Origin: an uncultured Verrucomicrobiae bacterium
GTDB taxonomy: Bacteria; Chlamydiota; Chlamydiia; Chlamydiales; Rhabdochlamydiaceae
Assembly: GCA_963818965.1 (NCBI GenBank)
Contig: CAWFUG010000011.1
Span: 224,001-288,000 of the forward strand
Direction: 5' to 3'
Length of the DNA: 64,000 nt
How positions within the stretch are numbered: the first letter of the stretch is position 1; every line of letters starts with the position of its first letter. The notes beneath the pieces were generated by a model, which ran no database searches, had not been told where the DNA came from, and saw only the letters and a program-made list of their open reading frames with translations. Both the position numbers and the translations under genes were made by a program. This document shows, one piece after another, positions 29,277 to 39,629 of the stretch.

Positions 29277-29341
29277 AAAACAACTCCACTGTTTTTCAAA
29301 TTAAGATTTCTTATTCTTTCTTAGAGACTGTAGACAGGCTC

Positions 29342-30277
29342 TTAAATATACAAAGAAGAGATTGATTTGGCACCGACGATCGATTCGATCGCAAGGCCAA
29401 AAAGAGAAGCTACCGAGACGGATTCTAATTTCTCTCGAAGCACAGAGTCCACTATCGGAATCGTATTACTGACGATGAATTTTTCGATCTCGCTCTCTTT
29501 CAATCCTTCACCTACAAAAAGTCCATGCGTGACTACAGCAAAAATCCGCTTAGCACCGCGAGAAAGACAAATCTTCGCAGCGGTTCGCAATGTCTCTCCC
29601 GTGGAACACATATCGTCCACGAGCAAAACATCTTTGCCTTGCACATCGCCAATAATGGCGGCCATTTCCACTTGATGGGCAGTCACACGACGCTTATCGA
29701 CTATAGCGAGATCGACTTTTAGAGCCTCTGCATAAGAGCGGGCCAACTTGATGCTGCCGATATCAGGCGTTACTACGACATACTGACTTAACCCCAACCC
29801 CCCAATCGCTTCTAAAAGCAAGGGTTTTGCGTAGAGATTATCGACGGGAATGTCGAAAAACCCCTGGACTTGCTCTGTATGCAAATCCATCGTCAGAACG
29901 CGCGTCACCCCTGCAACCTGCAGGAGATCTGCGACGAGTTTCGCTGTGATCGGCTCCCGCGCATGTCCTCGACGATCCTGTCGCGCATACCCGAAGTAGG
30001 GAATGACTGCGATGATCGAGCGAGCAGACGCGCGCTTCATTGCATCGACTAAAATCAACAATTCCATGAGATAGAAGTTAGGATCGCGTGCAATTGATTG
30101 CACAATGAATACATCCTGACCACGGACACTCTCTAAAATTCGAGCGCCTATCTCGCCATCTGGAAATGTCTCGATGAGCGTTTTTCCTAGCGACAGGCCT
30201 AAACAACTAGCGATTTGCTGAGCCAACTCAGGATGAGAGGTCCCAGCGAAAAGCCTATAATTGTTATTAGAACCCAT
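29342..30277 (-). CDS. prs: Ribose-phosphate pyrophosphokinase
   Basis: FPDGE, PYFGYARQDR, DLHTEQVQGFF and VDDMCSTGET motifs. Confidence 0.95.
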   Translation of the reverse strand: MGSNNNYRLFAGTSHPELAQQIASCLGLSLGKTLIETFPDGEIGARILESVRGQDVFIVQSIARDPNFYLMELLILVDAMKRASARSIIAVIPYFGYARQDRRGHAREPITAKLVADLLQVAGVTRVLTMDLHTEQVQGFFDIPVDNLYAKPLLLEAIGGLGLSQYVVVTPDIGSIKLARSYAEALKVDLAIVDKRRVTAHQVEMAAIIGDVQGKDVLLVDDMCSTGETLRTAAKICLSRGAKRIFAVVTHGLFVGEGLKESEIEKFIVSNTIPIVDSVLREKLESVSVASLFGLAIESIVGAKSISSLYI

Positions 30278-30302
30278 TTGTACTCGCTAAGGATAGTACA
30301 TA

Positions 30303-30374
<72 letters not shown>

Positions 30375-30411
30375 ACAACTTTTACTTCGGTATTCGCTAC
30401 CAAAAACCAGA

Positions 30412-30441
30412 ATGCTACCTCATTTGACAAATAAAATGCAA
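30412..30441 (-). promoter_or_regulatory. Putative promoter of the tRNA-Gln/prs operon
   Basis: Minus strand TTGCAT-18 nt-TAGCAT. Confidence 0.45.
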
Positions 30442-30564
30442 AAACTTTGCGCGAAAATTTTTCTGAAAAAATAAAAACTTTACTCATACCTATCGAAATC
30501 TTGGTAAAAAAACGGGAAAAGTGAGATCATTTTTTGCCCAACAAGGACCCAAAAAGGACACAAA

Positions 30565-32205
30565 ATGAGTTGCCAACGCCTACACCTAAGACCTTTTTTC
30601 GGAAACGACTGGTCCATTAGTGACCCTACTCCCACAACATTTGAAGAGACTCCAAACAATTCATCCCCCACCCCGCCACTACCTTCAGAGCTCTTGGAAC
30701 AGATCTTCTCCTATTTAGATCTAAATCAGACCACGCTGCTCCTTGCCACCAAAGTGAGTAAATCATGGGCAACAGCGGTTAAGTCCCTGTTATGGAACAG
30801 CCAACAACTCGCAACCCATCGGACCACATTAGGTTATCTGGCCGCATTTTTAGAGGAAAACGATCCCCTCCTTGAAGACCTCTCAAAGAAAACTCTTAAA
30901 GCCCATAAAAAATTCCTTCACAACCTCATCGCAGAGCTCAATACCGTCCCAGAGGCCATGCCCGAGATCTTGGATGCAAGGCATGCCCGCTCTTTCAAAA
31001 TAAAAGGGCTCCTAAAAGAGCTTCCAAAGCCTTTTTGGCAAAAGGTCGACGCCCACATTTTCCTCGCGCGCGCAACGCTTTACTTCAACGAAGAAGAGCG
31101 AGCCACTATGCAAAAATTCCTCCACTACACCTTGGAGATTTTATCCGAACAGCCAGGTCCTATCCCCCTCAAAGGACTAAAAAACAGCGCCATCTTCCGC
31201 CTCCGATTTTCCACACTCCTAGACGGAAAGAATGAGGAAAAATTCAGGATAGCTTTCTCTAATTCTGCATTCCAGAAGAAGTTAAATGAGCTCTACAATC
31301 AAGACCCAGTCATCCAAGACTGGACTGACACTCAAACAGATGCCACACTCTTCGATCAGTATGAAACGCATCTTAAGTCTTCTCCGACCACTAACGGCGA
31401 AGCGGAAATCATCAAACAACATATGAAAACACTCCTTGCACACAACGCCTTTAAGCAAGCGCAATCCCTCATGCACCGCTTCAGCAAAGAGCCGCGCTAC
31501 TGCAGTTCCGCACATTCAAACCGTTTAAATTTCAATAATTTACAATGGGATCTTGCCGTTTTAGAACGGAGTTTCCCCCACTCTCTTGGCCCACAACTTG
31601 TTAAGATGTGGGAAAATGGCCTTGACGGAACCGTCAAAATAATGATCTTAAAAGGTGACACTGAAAATGCTTTCAAATTAGCGATGCAGCAAGAGCCCAA
31701 GCTCATGTACCCACTGATCCAAAAGATCGGATCTGCCTATATTGAACTCCGACAGATCCTACACCTAGAGTCCCTCATCGACCTACTGGGAGAAAAAGAG
31801 GACCCCCTTGCACAAATCACTCAATGCAACATCATTAAAGAACTCATCCAGAAACGGTTACAAGAGGGGACCCTAGAGGAACCTCTCATCTGGTTTAGCC
31901 GCTTTCAAAAACTCGAAGCACAAGCCGGCAAATCCCCCAAAACAGTGGTACGGGAATTCACAAAAGAGCTCATCGATACATTCTTGGTGTATACCGGTTG
32001 CCCCTCGAAACACTTCGCAGAGGTCCTATCGTTTATCGAAAGCATCCTCGGCACCGTCGAAGAAGAAAACAGACGAGACCTCCTCGAAGAAGTAAAGGAA
32101 ATTTTCAAGACATCTGCCCTCAAATGCCCTTCCACTTCTAAATATCAAGAAGGCTTTGGATCCGCTCTGGAACTCATCGACGCGTTGCTGGCCTCATCGC
32201 AGTAA
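30565..32205 (+). CDS. F-box domain protein (candidate effector)
   Basis: LPSELLEQIFSYLD...KVSKSWATAVKSLLW F-box after an S/T/P-rich N-terminus. Helical remainder. Confidence 0.8.
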   Translation: MSCQRLHLRPFFGNDWSISDPTPTTFEETPNNSSPTPPLPSELLEQIFSYLDLNQTTLLLATKVSKSWATAVKSLLWNSQQLATHRTTLGYLAAFLEENDPLLEDLSKKTLKAHKKFLHNLIAELNTVPEAMPEILDARHARSFKIKGLLKELPKPFWQKVDAHIFLARATLYFNEEERATMQKFLHYTLEILSEQPGPIPLKGLKNSAIFRLRFSTLLDGKNEEKFRIAFSNSAFQKKLNELYNQDPVIQDWTDTQTDATLFDQYETHLKSSPTTNGEAEIIKQHMKTLLAHNAFKQAQSLMHRFSKEPRYCSSAHSNRLNFNNLQWDLAVLERSFPHSLGPQLVKMWENGLDGTVKIMILKGDTENAFKLAMQQEPKLMYPLIQKIGSAYIELRQILHLESLIDLLGEKEDPLAQITQCNIIKELIQKRLQEGTLEEPLIWFSRFQKLEAQAGKSPKTVVREFTKELIDTFLVYTGCPSKHFAEVLSFIESILGTVEEENRRDLLEEVKEIFKTSALKCPSTSKYQEGFGSALELIDALLASSQ

Positions 32206-32270
32206 AAAAATTTCTCGATATCTTAAAGCAGCTCACTGTACAGTAAGGGGAACCTACCCCTTAAGTTCCT

Positions 32271-33749
32271 ATGCATATCGTACACATCGCCTCAGAGCTG
32301 GCGCCGATTGCCAAAGTCGGCGGCCTCGCAGACGTCATCTACGGACTTTCTCGGGAACTCTCCTCTTTGGGACACACGGTAGAGGTCGTCATTCCCAAAT
32401 ACGACTGTCTGCACTTCCACGATCTAAAAGATCTAAAAATAGAACAGCGCGAACTGTGGACTGAAGGGGGAACGACCCCCTACAGTAACACCATCTGGTC
32501 TGCCACGCTCGATGGCTTAAAAGTCTTGCTCATCGAGCCCCACCATCCCAAACACTACTTCAGCCGTGGGATGATCTACGGTTGTCCTGATGACAGCGAT
32601 CGATTCTGCTATTTTTCCAAAGTCGCCCTTGAATATCTCTTAAAAAGAGAGCCCTCCCCCGATATCATCCATTCCCACGACTGGCCCACTGCACTTCTGC
32701 CGGTATTGAGCCGAACACTGCATCCCAAGTCAAACATAAAAAACATCTTCACGATCCACAACATGCAACACCAAGGGGTATGCTCAAAAAAAACCCTCGT
32801 CCACTTAGGGCTGTATAAAAAGCTTGCTAAAGAAGCGCCTAAGATACACGACCCCAAGAATCCTCTCCTCATCAACCTCTTAAGAGGCGGGATCGAATAT
32901 GCCGATCTCATCACCACCGTTTCTCCCACTTACGAAAAGGAAATCCAGCTGCCTGAGGGTGGTTTTGGACTCGAAAAAGCGTTGGTCGACAATCGCCATA
33001 AGCTCAGAGGGATCCTCAATGGCATCGACGAGCATTTCTGGAATCCAGAGATCGATCCCCATCTGGCTAAGAGATATCCAACCCATGAGATCACAAAAAA
33101 TAACCTCTCTACAGTCCTGGATGGCAAACGGGAAAATAAACGCCACCTTCAGAATCACTTAAGACTTAAAACAAGCGATGCGCCCCTCGTTGCGTGTGTG
33201 AGCCGGCTGGTCCCCCAAAAAAGCCCTGAGCTCATCGCTTATGCCTTCGAACATACCCTGGAAAAGGGAGGGCAATTCGTCCTCCTTGGATCTACCAATG
33301 ATCCTCCCCTTCTGGATGCGTTTCAACTTCTCCAAGAGCAATACGGGCACGCTGAAAATGGAGCTATATTACTCGATCACGACGAAGCACTCGCACACCT
33401 CATCTTCGCAGCGGCAGACCTCTTTGTGATCCCTTCCCTCTTCGAGCCATGCGGTCTCACACAACTCATCGCTCTCCGCTACGGCACAATCCCCGTCGCT
33501 CGCCTCACAGGAGGACTCAAGGACACCGTCTTCGACTGCGACACCTCCACGCGCCCTCTAGAAGAACGCAATGGCTTCACCTTCGAGTTCGCAGACACCC
33601 AAGGTGTCGACTGGGCCCTCGAGCGCGCACTCGAATGCTACCAAAACAATCCCGAGAAATGGCACGCACTTATTCTCAACGGCATGAGAATGGACCTGAG
33701 CTGGAAGCATGCCGCTCAGGAATACGTAAAGGCATATATTGATCGATGA
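32271..33749 (+). CDS. glgA: Glycogen synthase
   Basis: KVGGLADV, HDW, GILNGID and PSLFEPCGLTQL motifs. Confidence 0.95.
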   Translation: MHIVHIASELAPIAKVGGLADVIYGLSRELSSLGHTVEVVIPKYDCLHFHDLKDLKIEQRELWTEGGTTPYSNTIWSATLDGLKVLLIEPHHPKHYFSRGMIYGCPDDSDRFCYFSKVALEYLLKREPSPDIIHSHDWPTALLPVLSRTLHPKSNIKNIFTIHNMQHQGVCSKKTLVHLGLYKKLAKEAPKIHDPKNPLLINLLRGGIEYADLITTVSPTYEKEIQLPEGGFGLEKALVDNRHKLRGILNGIDEHFWNPEIDPHLAKRYPTHEITKNNLSTVLDGKRENKRHLQNHLRLKTSDAPLVACVSRLVPQKSPELIAYAFEHTLEKGGQFVLLGSTNDPPLLDAFQLLQEQYGHAENGAILLDHDEALAHLIFAAADLFVIPSLFEPCGLTQLIALRYGTIPVARLTGGLKDTVFDCDTSTRPLEERNGFTFEFADTQGVDWALERALECYQNNPEKWHALILNGMRMDLSWKHAAQEYVKAYIDR

Positions 33750-35192
33750 CAAAGATTTTGATTACAGGAGCCAATGGATTTGTAGGAAAAAGACTGATCC
33801 TTTATCTTTTAAATCAAGGTCATCAAATTTATGCTTTGTGCCGCATTAAAGGAGCAAAAGTTTTTGCTGAAGATAGGCCAAATCTTCACTACATTTGGGG
33901 AGATTTAAGAAATCCTGAAACTATAAAAGATATTCCCAGAAGATATTGAAGCTGCTTATTATCTTGTCCACTCTATGTCCGAAATCGTCGGCAACTTAGT
34001 GGATACTGAAATTGAAGTAGTCGAACAGTTTCTAAAAGGGAGTAAAAAACTCCCATATTAAGCAGATTATCTATTTAGGAGGGATTATTAATGATGAAAA
34101 AAGATTATCTCCTCACCTTAAGTCCCGATTATTAGTCGAAAAAGCTTTAAAGCAGAGCGGTATTCCTTACACTGTTTTGCGTGCAAGCATAATCATTGGA
34201 GCGGGAAGTGCATCTTTTGAGATCATTAGGGATTTATGCGAAAAGCTTCCTATAATGATCGCTCCTAAGTGGGTAAACTCTCTATGTCAACCAATTGCTA
34301 TTGGTGATGTCCTTTTTTATCTTTCTAGTGTACTTCTCAATCAAAAATGCCTTAATAAAACTTTTGACATTGGAGGCCCAGAAGTATTTACATTTAAAGA
34401 GTTGATGCTTAGATACGCAAAATTCCGAAATCTTAAAAGATGGATAATAAATGTTCCGGTTCTAACCCCCCATTTATCCAGCTATTGGTTGGTTTTTATT
34501 ACATCCGTTCGTTACTCGCTTTGTTCTTACTTAGTAGAAAGCATGAAAACAAGCAGTGTCGTTCAATTGAATGAAATCCAAAAAATCATTCCCCATCTTT
34601 GTTTGACATATACAGAAGCCCTTGAATTAGCCTTTCAAAAGATCTCACAAAATGAGGTGATTTCCAGTTGGATGGATTCATGGGAAATTCTTGGAAATGA
34701 CCCAAACATTGAAAATTATATCCAAGTTCCTAATGAAGGATGTTTAAAAGATGAAAAAAGAGTTTTGATCAAAGATTCGAAAGCAGCTGCTATCGAACGA
34801 ATTTGGCGCATTGGTGGAAGTACGTGGTTATTATGCTTTGAATTGGGCTTGGTATTTGCGAGGTTTATTTGATCAAATGATTGGAGGGGTCGGTTTGAAT
34901 AGAGGAAGACGACATCCTTCTGAAATCCAAGCAGGCGATTCTATCGATTTTTGGAGAGTGATCCTCGCTGATAAAGATAAAGGTCATCTCATCCTTTATG
35001 CTGGGATGAAAGTCCCAGGCGAAGCTTGGCTTCAGTTTAAGTTTGAACAAAAAAATCATGAGTGGTTTCTTGTTCAAACAGCGACATTTCAGGCCTAAAG
35101 GTATTCTAGGACGTCTCTATTGGTATGCTCTTATCCCTTTTCATTTCTTTATTTTTCGAAAAATGGCAAAGGCTTTAGCTGGGACAGCTTGA
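33746..35192 (+). pseudogene. YbjT-like atypical SDR with DUF2867, four frameshifts
   Basis: TGANGFVG, RASIIIGAGSASFE, DFWRV, MKVPGEAWL and GRLYWY motifs in successive frames. +1 insertions near 33936, 34039, 34822 and 35088. Confidence 0.8.
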
Positions 35193-35250
35193 AAACAAGA
35201 AAGATGGTAGTTGCCGAGATATTGGAATTCTACTAGATATAATATTATTC

Positions 35251-35402
35251 AGAGCTCGTCTACAATCTCTGCCGTTTTGATTTTTGATTAATTTTTGTTT
35301 TGGCTTGGATTTGATTCCACAAAACATAGTTATACCCCGCGCGCTCAAATGCACCATCCTCAAGCACGCGGGGTATAAATAGCCGAGATTGTAGACAGGC
35401 TT
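35251..35402. mobile_element. MITE-like element with agagctcgtctacaatctc / gagattgtagacaggct ends and a nested TATAC hairpin (35331-35377)
   Basis: ~19-bp imperfect terminal inverted repeats. Related ends at ~12381 and ~29322-29344. Confidence 0.65.
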
Positions 35403-35419
35403 TCAACCCAATAGGAGGG

Positions 35420-35824
35420 ATGATGAACGTTAAACGTTATTTGATTGCTACTGTAGCACTGTTTGTTTTTCTTTGTTTATATGGAATGTTGGTCCATGGA
35501 ATGCTGCTGTCAGGAATGTATGAGGCGTCTGCGCAGATATGGCGAGACTACACAGAAATGCAAGCGCTGGCTCCTTTTAGATTCATTTTTCAGATAGTCT
35601 TAGCTGCGTGGGCAGTTTTGGCTTTTAGTCAGTTTTACAAAAAGGGAGGCGTTAAACATGGACTTCTCTTTGGTCTGTTTTTCGGCGTGTTTGCTGGCAT
35701 TCTCGCCGCTATGAAATACCTGTGGTTACCCATCTCAGGAGCTCTTTGCGTGAGTTGGTTCATTGCAAACACAGTAGAATGGGTCCTTGGAGGTCTTATT
35801 CTAGGATATATTTACCGTAAATAA
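35420..35824 (+). CDS. Small 4-TM membrane protein
   Basis: GGAGG RBS and four hydrophobic helices. Confidence 0.75.
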   Translation: MMNVKRYLIATVALFVFLCLYGMLVHGMLLSGMYEASAQIWRDYTEMQALAPFRFIFQIVLAAWAVLAFSQFYKKGGVKHGLLFGLFFGVFAGILAAMKYLWLPISGALCVSWFIANTVEWVLGGLILGYIYRK

Positions 35825-35835
35825 GTCCTCAAGCC

Positions 35836-35865
35836 TGAACTGGTAAGGAATCCCTTACCAGTTCA
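35836..35865 (+). terminator. Stem-loop terminator
   Basis: tgaactggtaagg-aatc-ccttaccagttca. Confidence 0.55.
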
Positions 35866-35911
35866 ACCTATCTCTGCCAAAACAATCTGAAGAATCGGGA
35901 ATTTGACGAAC

Positions 35912-36087
35912 GGTGTTGTTGCATAAATAGCCGAATCCCACCACAGAGATGGAAAACCACAGAGAGGAAATTCATATTAAAGAATTTCCTCTCTGTGGTT
36001 TTCCATCTCTGTGGTGAGATTGCATATATTCAGAATGGAATGGTGGGGAGCTATACTGCGCCCGGTCAGGAATTGCGCAACAACGCC
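35912..36087 (-). mobile_element. Complete family A MITE with a 9-bp target duplication
   Basis: ggtgttgttgc...gcaacaacgcc ends, flanked by ttgacgaac / ttaacgaac. Contains the family B end ctatactgcgcccggtcaggaattgc. Confidence 0.85.
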
Positions 36088-36103
36088 TTAACGAACAGTC
36101 TCC

Positions 36104-37141
36104 TCAGAACTTCTGAAGATTGCTTAAGTCTTTAGGATCAATGACGACATGTTTGATACGAGTGCGATTGAAAGTGTAAGTGACATGAATCTGATTGTCC
36201 TTTGTTTGAATGACGCTAGGATAAGAATATTCGCCAGGCGCATCTTCCAAAACAAGAGATGAGTCCCACTGTTCTCCCCCATCCGTAGAGAGAGCGATGT
36301 TCAGCGGTGTCCGCTCCGTAGAGGAGTGATTATAAACCAACAGGATTTGTCCATTGTGAAGGCGAACAGCATCAATCGCTGAATTAGGATTGGGAAGATC
36401 AATCGGACGAGCTTCTGTCCAAGTTTTCCCTTCATCCTTTGAAGTCGATGCACAGATAAATCCTACATCATAAGAGCGCGCTAGAAGACAGAGTTTGTTT
36501 TTTGAAGCAAAAAACACCGTAGGCTGAATGATCCCAAAAAGATCCTCTTTGAGATTAATTGGAGAGCTCTTGCTCCAGGTTTTTCCGTAATCATCGGTAA
36601 TATCCATCCAACAACCCCATCTGTGCCATGACTCAACGGATGAACCACAAAGAAGCTTCCCATTTTTAAGAAGAAGCGGTTTATTTTTTACAGGTCCTAT
36701 AACGCCCGCAGGCAGATTTTCTACGGAGGACCAATTATCCCCCTCATCGTATGAGCGTATGAGAACACCCGACCAAGAAGAGGGCTGAGGTCCAACCTTA
36801 TAAAAGAGCAGAATTTCCCCAGAGCGAAGAGTCAATAACACTGGATTCCAGCAAGGGACTTGAGCGTCCTTTGCGATAAGACGAGGGACAGACCACCCCT
36901 TTTCCGTCTTAGCAGAGAGCCAAATCCCCACATCTTTTGCTCCCTCTTCACTACCCGCGAAGTAGGCGCACAGAAGTTTTCCCGAAGCTGTTTCTGCTAT
37001 AGTAGAAGCATGACAGGAAGCAAAAGGGGGATTTTCAAAGACAAACTCCTCTACGATCTCAGCTGAAAGAGATGAGAAGAAAAGACAAAGGAGAAAGATC
37101 CACCGACACCTATAGACAATCGGTTTTACAGTGCTAAGCAT
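36104..37141 (-). CDS. Sialidase-like / BNR (Asp-box) repeat protein, secreted
   Basis: CHASTIAE, Asp-boxes (SYDEGDNW, TDDYGKTW, SKDEGKTW, STDGGEQW) and YSYPSV. Confidence 0.85.
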   Translation of the reverse strand: MLSTVKPIVYRCRWIFLLCLFFSSLSAEIVEEFVFENPPFASCHASTIAETASGKLLCAYFAGSEEGAKDVGIWLSAKTEKGWSVPRLIAKDAQVPCWNPVLLTLRSGEILLFYKVGPQPSSWSGVLIRSYDEGDNWSSVENLPAGVIGPVKNKPLLLKNGKLLCGSSVESWHRWGCWMDITDDYGKTWSKSSPINLKEDLFGIIQPTVFFASKNKLCLLARSYDVGFICASTSKDEGKTWTEARPIDLPNPNSAIDAVRLHNGQILLVYNHSSTERTPLNIALSTDGGEQWDSSLVLEDAPGEYSYPSVIQTKDNQIHVTYTFNRTRIKHVVIDPKDLSNLQKF

Positions 37142-37261
37142 GCGATCTCCCTAATTTTGGGTCATAATCATAAGCCGCTTTTCAAAATCCGACTAGTCAA
37201 AAGCTCTAAAAGCGTCCAACCGCCCCCCCAGTCTCTATACAGAAAAAACTTGTGTAAGTAG

Positions 37262-37293
37262 CTGTACCCAACTTTTCAGTGCACTTGGGTACA
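37262..37293 (-). repeat. Degenerate short TATAC element
   Basis: ctgtacccaacttttcagtgcacttgggtaca is close to the reverse complement of 6552-6584. Confidence 0.75.
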
Positions 37294-37307
37294 AAAAGAG
37301 CGCCAGC

Positions 37308-37910
37308 TCAATCCACAGCAGGGCGCAGGGCCAATGCTTTCTTGATATGAGCGCGGTTGGCGATGATGTACTCGATCCCAGAGAAGACCGTGTAGACGGC
37401 GCCGATGAGGACGCTGTAAAAGCTCAACTCTCTTAAGAGCTCGAGCTTGAGGTACCCCATCGAGTAGGGGATCATGAGCAGGAGGATAAAGAAGACGATG
37501 CTCGCTTGCAGCACTGCCTTAATCTTGCCGGAGAGGCGCGCTGCGAGTGCAAACCCTCTCAAGGCACACACGGTACGCAATGTGCTGATGATCGTGTCGC
37601 GATAGAAGAAAACAGACACGAGCACAAGGGACAGATCAATGACCCCTTGGGTAAAGCCTAAAAACACAGAGAGACGGAAAATGCTATCCGCCATCGGATC
37701 TAAGAGCTTGCCGAGCTCTGTCACTTGATTATGCCGCCTCGCGATCGCCCCATCGAAGACATCAGAGAGCTCTGAGAGCCCAGCGAGGAGGAGCAATGTA
37801 AAAGGCAACCAAGCCAAACTGATCCCAAACGATTGAGAATAGAGATACACGACCAAAAAAAGTGGCCCTAGGAGGATTCTCGAGAGTGTGAGGACGAGGG
37901 GAATGCTCAC
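37308..37910 (-). CDS. pgsA: CDP-diacylglycerol--glycerol-3-phosphate phosphatidyltransferase
   Basis: DVFDGAIARR...GKLLDPMAD CDP-alcohol motif and GKIKA. Confidence 0.85.
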   Translation of the reverse strand: MSIPLVLTLSRILLGPLFLVVYLYSQSFGISLAWLPFTLLLLAGLSELSDVFDGAIARRHNQVTELGKLLDPMADSIFRLSVFLGFTQGVIDLSLVLVSVFFYRDTIISTLRTVCALRGFALAARLSGKIKAVLQASIVFFILLLMIPYSMGYLKLELLRELSFYSVLIGAVYTVFSGIEYIIANRAHIKKALALRPAVD

Positions 37911-37985
37911 GTCAAAACAACCTTTAAAAGTTATATTGTTTTATAATATTTTTCCCCATTTTTTGGGAAATATAAATTTAAGAAT

Positions 37986-39047
37986 TTATCCACTAACGAG
38001 CGCCAAGGCATTTTGTTTTTCTTTTAGAGCCAACTGCCCACAAGCGGCTGCGATGTCCTTCCCCTTGGTGTATCTCCATGTCGAGACGATACGGTGTGCA
38101 GTGAGGATTTTGCGGAATGTCTCAATTGATTCACTCTCAGGTCGCTTCAAACGGAGCCCATCGACGGGGTTATAAGGGATGAGGTTCACTGTGCACTGCT
38201 CTCCCCTCAGCAGTTGGGCGAGCTCTTCTGCATGTTCTGGTTGATCGTTGATCCCAGCGATCAGAGTGTATTCGTAGGTCGTATCTCGCTTGGTCTTCTT
38301 GGCAAAGGCACGCATGCTCTTGAGGATTTCGTCTAAGGGGTACTTGCGCGCATAAGGAATGATCTTTTTGCGTAAATGCTGATTGGGCGCGTGCAAGGAG
38401 AGGACGAGATTGACTTTGAGATCTTCCTCCATGAAGCGCGCGATTCCCTCGACGACACCCACCGTCGAAACAGTAATGCGCCGCTGAGACAAATTGAGCC
38501 GAAGCGGGTCGATGAGCCAACGGATCGTCTGTAAAACGGGATCGTAATTCTCAAAAGGCTCTCCCATTCCCATAAAGACCACGTGAGAGACGCGTTCATT
38601 TTTCAAAGACAAATGCGCATCGATCTGAGAGACCTGCTCGCAGATCTCTTCAAAAGAGAGGTTGCGCAGCAATCCCTCTTTCCCTGAAGCGCAAAAAGCG
38701 CAGCGCGCAGGGCAACCGACCTGGGAAGAGACACAGACTGTCCGTCGCTCTTCAGAACAGATTAAAACAGATTCTACGAGGTTACCATCCGCCAGTTCCC
38801 AGAGAAATTTGACCGTCTGCCCGTCCTTAGAGTTCTGATTCGATTGTAACTTGAGTGTGCTTAAAGAAATTTTAGTTGCGAGTTGGGCGCGCAGAGCCTT
38901 ATTGAGATCGGTCATCCCCTCCCAATCGAGCGCCTTTTTTTCATAGACCCATTGAAAGATCTGCTTAGCGCGAAACGGCTTCTCCCCCAGCTCTTGTAAC
39001 AGCTGGCAGAGCGCCTCGAAACTCATACTGTGAATCGATCGCATCAT
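37986..39047 (-). CDS. rlmN: 23S rRNA (adenine2503-C2)-methyltransferase
   Basis: CVSSQVGCPARCAFCASG, MGMGEP, SLHAP and AACGQL motifs. Confidence 0.95.
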   Translation of the reverse strand: MMRSIHSMSFEALCQLLQELGEKPFRAKQIFQWVYEKKALDWEGMTDLNKALRAQLATKISLSTLKLQSNQNSKDGQTVKFLWELADGNLVESVLICSEERRTVCVSSQVGCPARCAFCASGKEGLLRNLSFEEICEQVSQIDAHLSLKNERVSHVVFMGMGEPFENYDPVLQTIRWLIDPLRLNLSQRRITVSTVGVVEGIARFMEEDLKVNLVLSLHAPNQHLRKKIIPYARKYPLDEILKSMRAFAKKTKRDTTYEYTLIAGINDQPEHAEELAQLLRGEQCTVNLIPYNPVDGLRLKRPESESIETFRKILTAHRIVSTWRYTKGKDIAAACGQLALKEKQNALALVSG

Positions 39048-39056
39048 TCATTTTGA

Positions 39057-39347
39057 CTATTTTCGGTTTAGGAAATGGGAGACTTGAATTTTTAACTGAG
39101 TCCGTTCTGTGGTAATGGCGTGCACTTTTTTCTTTAAACTCAATTTTCGGTCTAATTGGTGTGCTTCTGCGTGTTCCTGCAACTCTTTTCTCCAATTGTC
39201 CAAAACTCTAGCCTGGACCTTCTGCCGATTCTCTAAAGAGATCAATAGAGGCACAAAACGCACCGAACTTTTCAATACCACGTCGAGCACTCGCATTTTA
39301 AAATTCTCCTCCAAACTTTTGGATCTATTGTATAGTAAACCCCCCAA
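39057..39347 (-). CDS. Small hypothetical protein
   Basis: ORF directly upstream of rlmN. Start probably MRVLD after a GGAG RBS. Confidence 0.45.
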   Translation of the reverse strand: MGGLLYNRSKSLEENFKMRVLDVVLKSSVRFVPLLISLENRQKVQARVLDNWRKELQEHAEAHQLDRKLSLKKKVHAITTERTQLKIQVSHFLNRK

Positions 39348-39376
39348 TCCAGCAAGTTCTAAAAAATTTTACTAAA

Positions 39377-39551
39377 CTATACCCCGCCCGGTCAGGAATT
39401 GCGAATTTGAGCGGTACATAAGCCCCGGGATTCCACGATCGAAAAGGGGGCCAGTATTGAGGAAATACAGGCCCCCTTTTCGATCGTGGAATCGCGGGAC
39501 CTTTCACGCAGCTCAAATTCGCAATTCCTGACCGGGCGGGGTGGGGTATAG
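39377..39551. repeat. Family B long palindromic element, copy 2
   Basis: Same core as 5845-6014 (gattccacgatcgaaaagggggccagtattgaggaaatacag...). Confidence 0.9.
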
Positions 39552-39629
39552 GTTCTTCTGGAAAATTAATCTCCCAACTCAATAGAATAAGACCTTTCAC
39601 TAGAATCAAACCTTCCTCTAGGTAAAACC

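Noticed and set aside
39325..39609. 94-aa ORF (PRSKRGPVFPQYWPPFRSWNPG)
   Set aside because: Translation of the family B palindrome.
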